Position numbers and translations under genes: made by a program. Below are positions 46,561-48,813 of a DNA stretch of 48,813 nucleotides, piece by piece. Source of the stretch: Flavobacterium sp. (GTDB taxonomy: Bacteria; Bacteroidota; Bacteroidia; Flavobacteriales; Flavobacteriaceae); NCBI GenBank assembly GCA_051652385.1, contig JBOFUD010000535.1, positions 1 to 48,813 on the forward strand, given 5' to 3'. Position 1 is the stretch's first letter, and every line of letters begins with the position of its first letter. The notes under the pieces were generated by a model, which saw only the letters and a list, made by a program, of their open reading frames with translations, was not told where the DNA came from and did not search any database.

Positions 46561-47739
46561 ATGGACTTACAAATTAAAGAATCGACCCAAAATAATGTTT
46601 CTAGCGCGATTCACTCGCTAGCTACGGGCGGATATGGCTACGCGTATAGTGTGGACATGTTTAACAGAAAAAAACAAGAATTGGTCCGTGATGTTCCAGT
46701 AGGCTTGCGCACTTCTATTAAAAACTCAGTTGGCGGTATCATTGGTTTGGATAGCTATACAAATAGCTTCAAAAATGACACTGGCTCTGATTTAGGTTTC
46801 AAAATTGATGTTAGTACTTTAGGACAAGTTGCCAAAGAAGTTATTGAGCAAAGAGTTTTCAGAGAAGATGTTAGTGCTTTTGTACCAGTTAGACCGGGCA
46901 TTTCACCTTACTATGATTCATTGACTACTTTCAAAAGTTTCAACTTAGCTTCTGATCCGGAAGATGGTTTGATCTCTGTAAATAATACTAATGGCCAATT
47001 TAAACAGGTTGACCACGGTTATGATAAAGTTACAACCCCTCGTACATTTTGGGCTAAACAAATTGAATGGAATTTCTTGCAAAATATGCAAGCTTCCTTA
47101 GCCGGTAGTTTTGATTTGTTGCAAGACAAATTAAGCACCTTGTCTTTGAACCACGAACAGTTCCAACAAAATGTTGCGATGTATGGTATTAGATCACTTG
47201 GTTACACTGGTTTGTTGAATAATGCTTCAGTTACAGTTAATACTTCGTTGATTACTGAGCCGCTTAAAACAATGACTTCAACTGAACTTAATACTTTCGT
47301 TGCGTCAGTTATGGCTGTTTATCAAACTAACAACGCTATCTTTGAGTTCCCAGATACTTTTGTTATCCCAATGTCTGACTATACTGGCTTGGTTAGCTTT
47401 ATTTCTGATGCGTTCCCATTAGCTGGAAGTACTAAATTAGATTTCTTATTGACTGCATTCAAAACAGTTACTATGAATCCAAATTTCAAGATTATCCCAA
47501 CGCCTTATGCTCAAAAAAGCTTCTCTGCGTTTGGTTATAATCCACTTTCTTATGACAGATATACTTTGTACCAAAACAAAGAAGATAGCTTGTATCTTGA
47601 CTTGCCAGTACCATTTACTTTACTTGGTTCAGGTACTCAAAACAACGCTTCTTTTGTTCAAATTGGGTATTGCCAAATTGGTCAAGTGTTCAATAAAAGA
47701 ACTCAAAATATGTTGTATATTGACAACACTAACTCTTAA
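46561..47739 (+). CDS. Major capsid protein (DUF2184-like, HK97 fold)
   Basis: 392 aa; A.YG......GLLN, PDTFVIP..DY; synteny. Confidence 0.85.
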   Translation: MDLQIKESTQNNVSSAIHSLATGGYGYAYSVDMFNRKKQELVRDVPVGLRTSIKNSVGGIIGLDSYTNSFKNDTGSDLGFKIDVSTLGQVAKEVIEQRVFREDVSAFVPVRPGISPYYDSLTTFKSFNLASDPEDGLISVNNTNGQFKQVDHGYDKVTTPRTFWAKQIEWNFLQNMQASLAGSFDLLQDKLSTLSLNHEQFQQNVAMYGIRSLGYTGLLNNASVTVNTSLITEPLKTMTSTELNTFVASVMAVYQTNNAIFEFPDTFVIPMSDYTGLVSFISDAFPLAGSTKLDFLLTAFKTVTMNPNFKIIPTPYAQKSFSAFGYNPLSYDRYTLYQNKEDSLYLDLPVPFTLLGSGTQNNASFVQIGYCQIGQVFNKRTQNMLYIDNTNS

Positions 47740-47795
47740 TTTAACAAGGTTTCACCACAACCCAAAGATTAATTAACAAAATAAATAATAATAAT

Positions 47796-48104
47796 ATGGA
47801 AGTTATCAAATTATATAATAAAAGCCAAAAAACTTTTCACACTTCACTAGGTGAATTTAAAAAAGAATCTTTTTTGGAACTACCAATTGCCGAAGCAAAT
47901 AAATTAATGGTTTATCCAGACATTATTGACGCTTCAACTTTCACAGGTGATACCACTGATTTAACTCTAAAAGAAATTACTATTAAAGAATTGCAATTGA
48001 AAATTGAAAAATTAGAAGCTGAAAATGCAGAATTAAAGGCTGCAAATTCAGGTAAAAAAGCTGCACCAGTAGCTAGTAAAGAACCAGAAATTACTAAAAA
48101 ATAA
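47796..48104 (+). CDS. Head-associated hypothetical protein
   Basis: 102 aa after the capsid gene; C-terminal coiled coil. Confidence 0.55.
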   Translation: MEVIKLYNKSQKTFHTSLGEFKKESFLELPIAEANKLMVYPDIIDASTFTGDTTDLTLKEITIKELQLKIEKLEAENAELKAANSGKKAAPVASKEPEITKK

Positions 48105-48682
48105 TGAATGTCAGTGACATCACAGTAGATGATTTCAAAACTCAGTTTTATAGGTTCTTTAAGTATTTGCCAACTTGGTCAAATGCTAATACCTATAACA
48201 TTGGGGATGTTGTCTACTATGATGCCAACCGACTCTTTTACACTTGTAAAACTGATGGGACTACTTCAATCCCGACCACCACTGCAAATTGGTGTTTAAA
48301 GACTGATGATGTCAGTAATTACATTTTAGATGCAGATATTGAGTCTGCTTTTGCTGAAGCCGGGATTGTTTTTAACACAAATATCAGTGCGACAGACGCT
48401 CAATTTACCTTAATATTTTTGTATTTAGCCGCGCATTTCTTAGTGTTAGATATGAGGGCCGCTGGGTTACAAAGTGGGAATCAAGGGATAGTAGAATCTA
48501 AGCAAGTTGGTAATGTATCAATAGCTTACATGATTCCAGAGTGGATGAAAAAAGAATCATTATCATTTTATACCACCACTTATTACGGGTATAAATATTT
48601 GGCAATGACCAGAATTTACAGAATTGGTAATGTTTTTGCCATAAGAGGAAATGGACCATATAATGTCCCACGCAACGGTTAA
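48104..48682 (+). CDS. Head-tail adaptor (DUF4054-like) with an inserted CBM-like module
   Basis: TV.DFK..F...F, YL.AHFL, SK.VG.VS..Y, T.YG.KY. Confidence 0.8.
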   Translation: MNVSDITVDDFKTQFYRFFKYLPTWSNANTYNIGDVVYYDANRLFYTCKTDGTTSIPTTTANWCLKTDDVSNYILDADIESAFAEAGIVFNTNISATDAQFTLIFLYLAAHFLVLDMRAAGLQSGNQGIVESKQVGNVSIAYMIPEWMKKESLSFYTTTYYGYKYLAMTRIYRIGNVFAIRGNGPYNVPRNG

Positions 48683-48813
48683 AAGTAACATTGAGGGGCT
48701 GTTGAGGCTCCAGAAAGTTCTAAAACAGAATGTGGTTATAAAAACAGGAGTTTTTGCAGAAGATGGAACTAGGAATATAGAAGTTGGAAGAAAAAATGAA
48801 TTTGGTGATGGCG
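48663..48813 (+). CDS. 5' part of the neck protein continuing into 1..311 (153 aa in total)
   Basis: MSHATVKSNIEGL...GVF...NEFGDG, in frame with the window start. Confidence 0.75.
   Translation, partial: MSHATVKSNIEGLLRLQKVLKQNVVIKTGVFAEDGTRNIEVGRKNEFGDG

Noticed and set aside
1058-47776. Antisense or nested track ORFs (e.g. 1424..1753, 4433..4726, 14246..14758, 24429..24725, 32867..33181, 45644..46066, 47507..47776)
   Set aside because: Shadows of well-supported genes, with no independent motifs.
1-48813. Alternative genetic code
   Set aside because: Long conserved genes are intact in the standard code, and TAA, TAG and TGA all act as stops.

Overview
The window appears to be one complete, circularly permuted, AT-rich tailed-phage genome with a contractile (myovirus-type) tail. 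The ORF starting at 48663 reads in frame across the end into position 1. Plus strand 40147-48813 and 1-20662: packaging, head, neck, sheath/tube, a tail chaperone with a -1 frameshift, tape measure, baseplate, two fibre modules, and a Gram-negative lysis region (holin, spanins, M15 endolysin, outer-membrane beta-barrel, permuted NlpC/P60). Minus strand 39789-20789: small early genes, an iteron-like origin, Prim-Pol/VapE primase-helicase, a CsrA homologue, an ankyrin mini-protein, SNF2 helicase, Cas4-like nuclease, SSB, family A polymerase and RuvC-like resolvase. I recognised no integrase, ParA or CI-type repressor. The most interesting signals are: (1) structured non-coding elements at 30837-31874, including a 120-nt tRNA mimic, which are mutually complementary and lie downstream of csrA, resembling a C4/CI-type antisense RNA switch; (2) a XerC/D dif-like site at 40772-40799; (3) a CBM5/12-like module inserted in the large terminase, the head-tail adaptor and a tail fibre. 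All family names come from motif recognition and synteny, not database searches.
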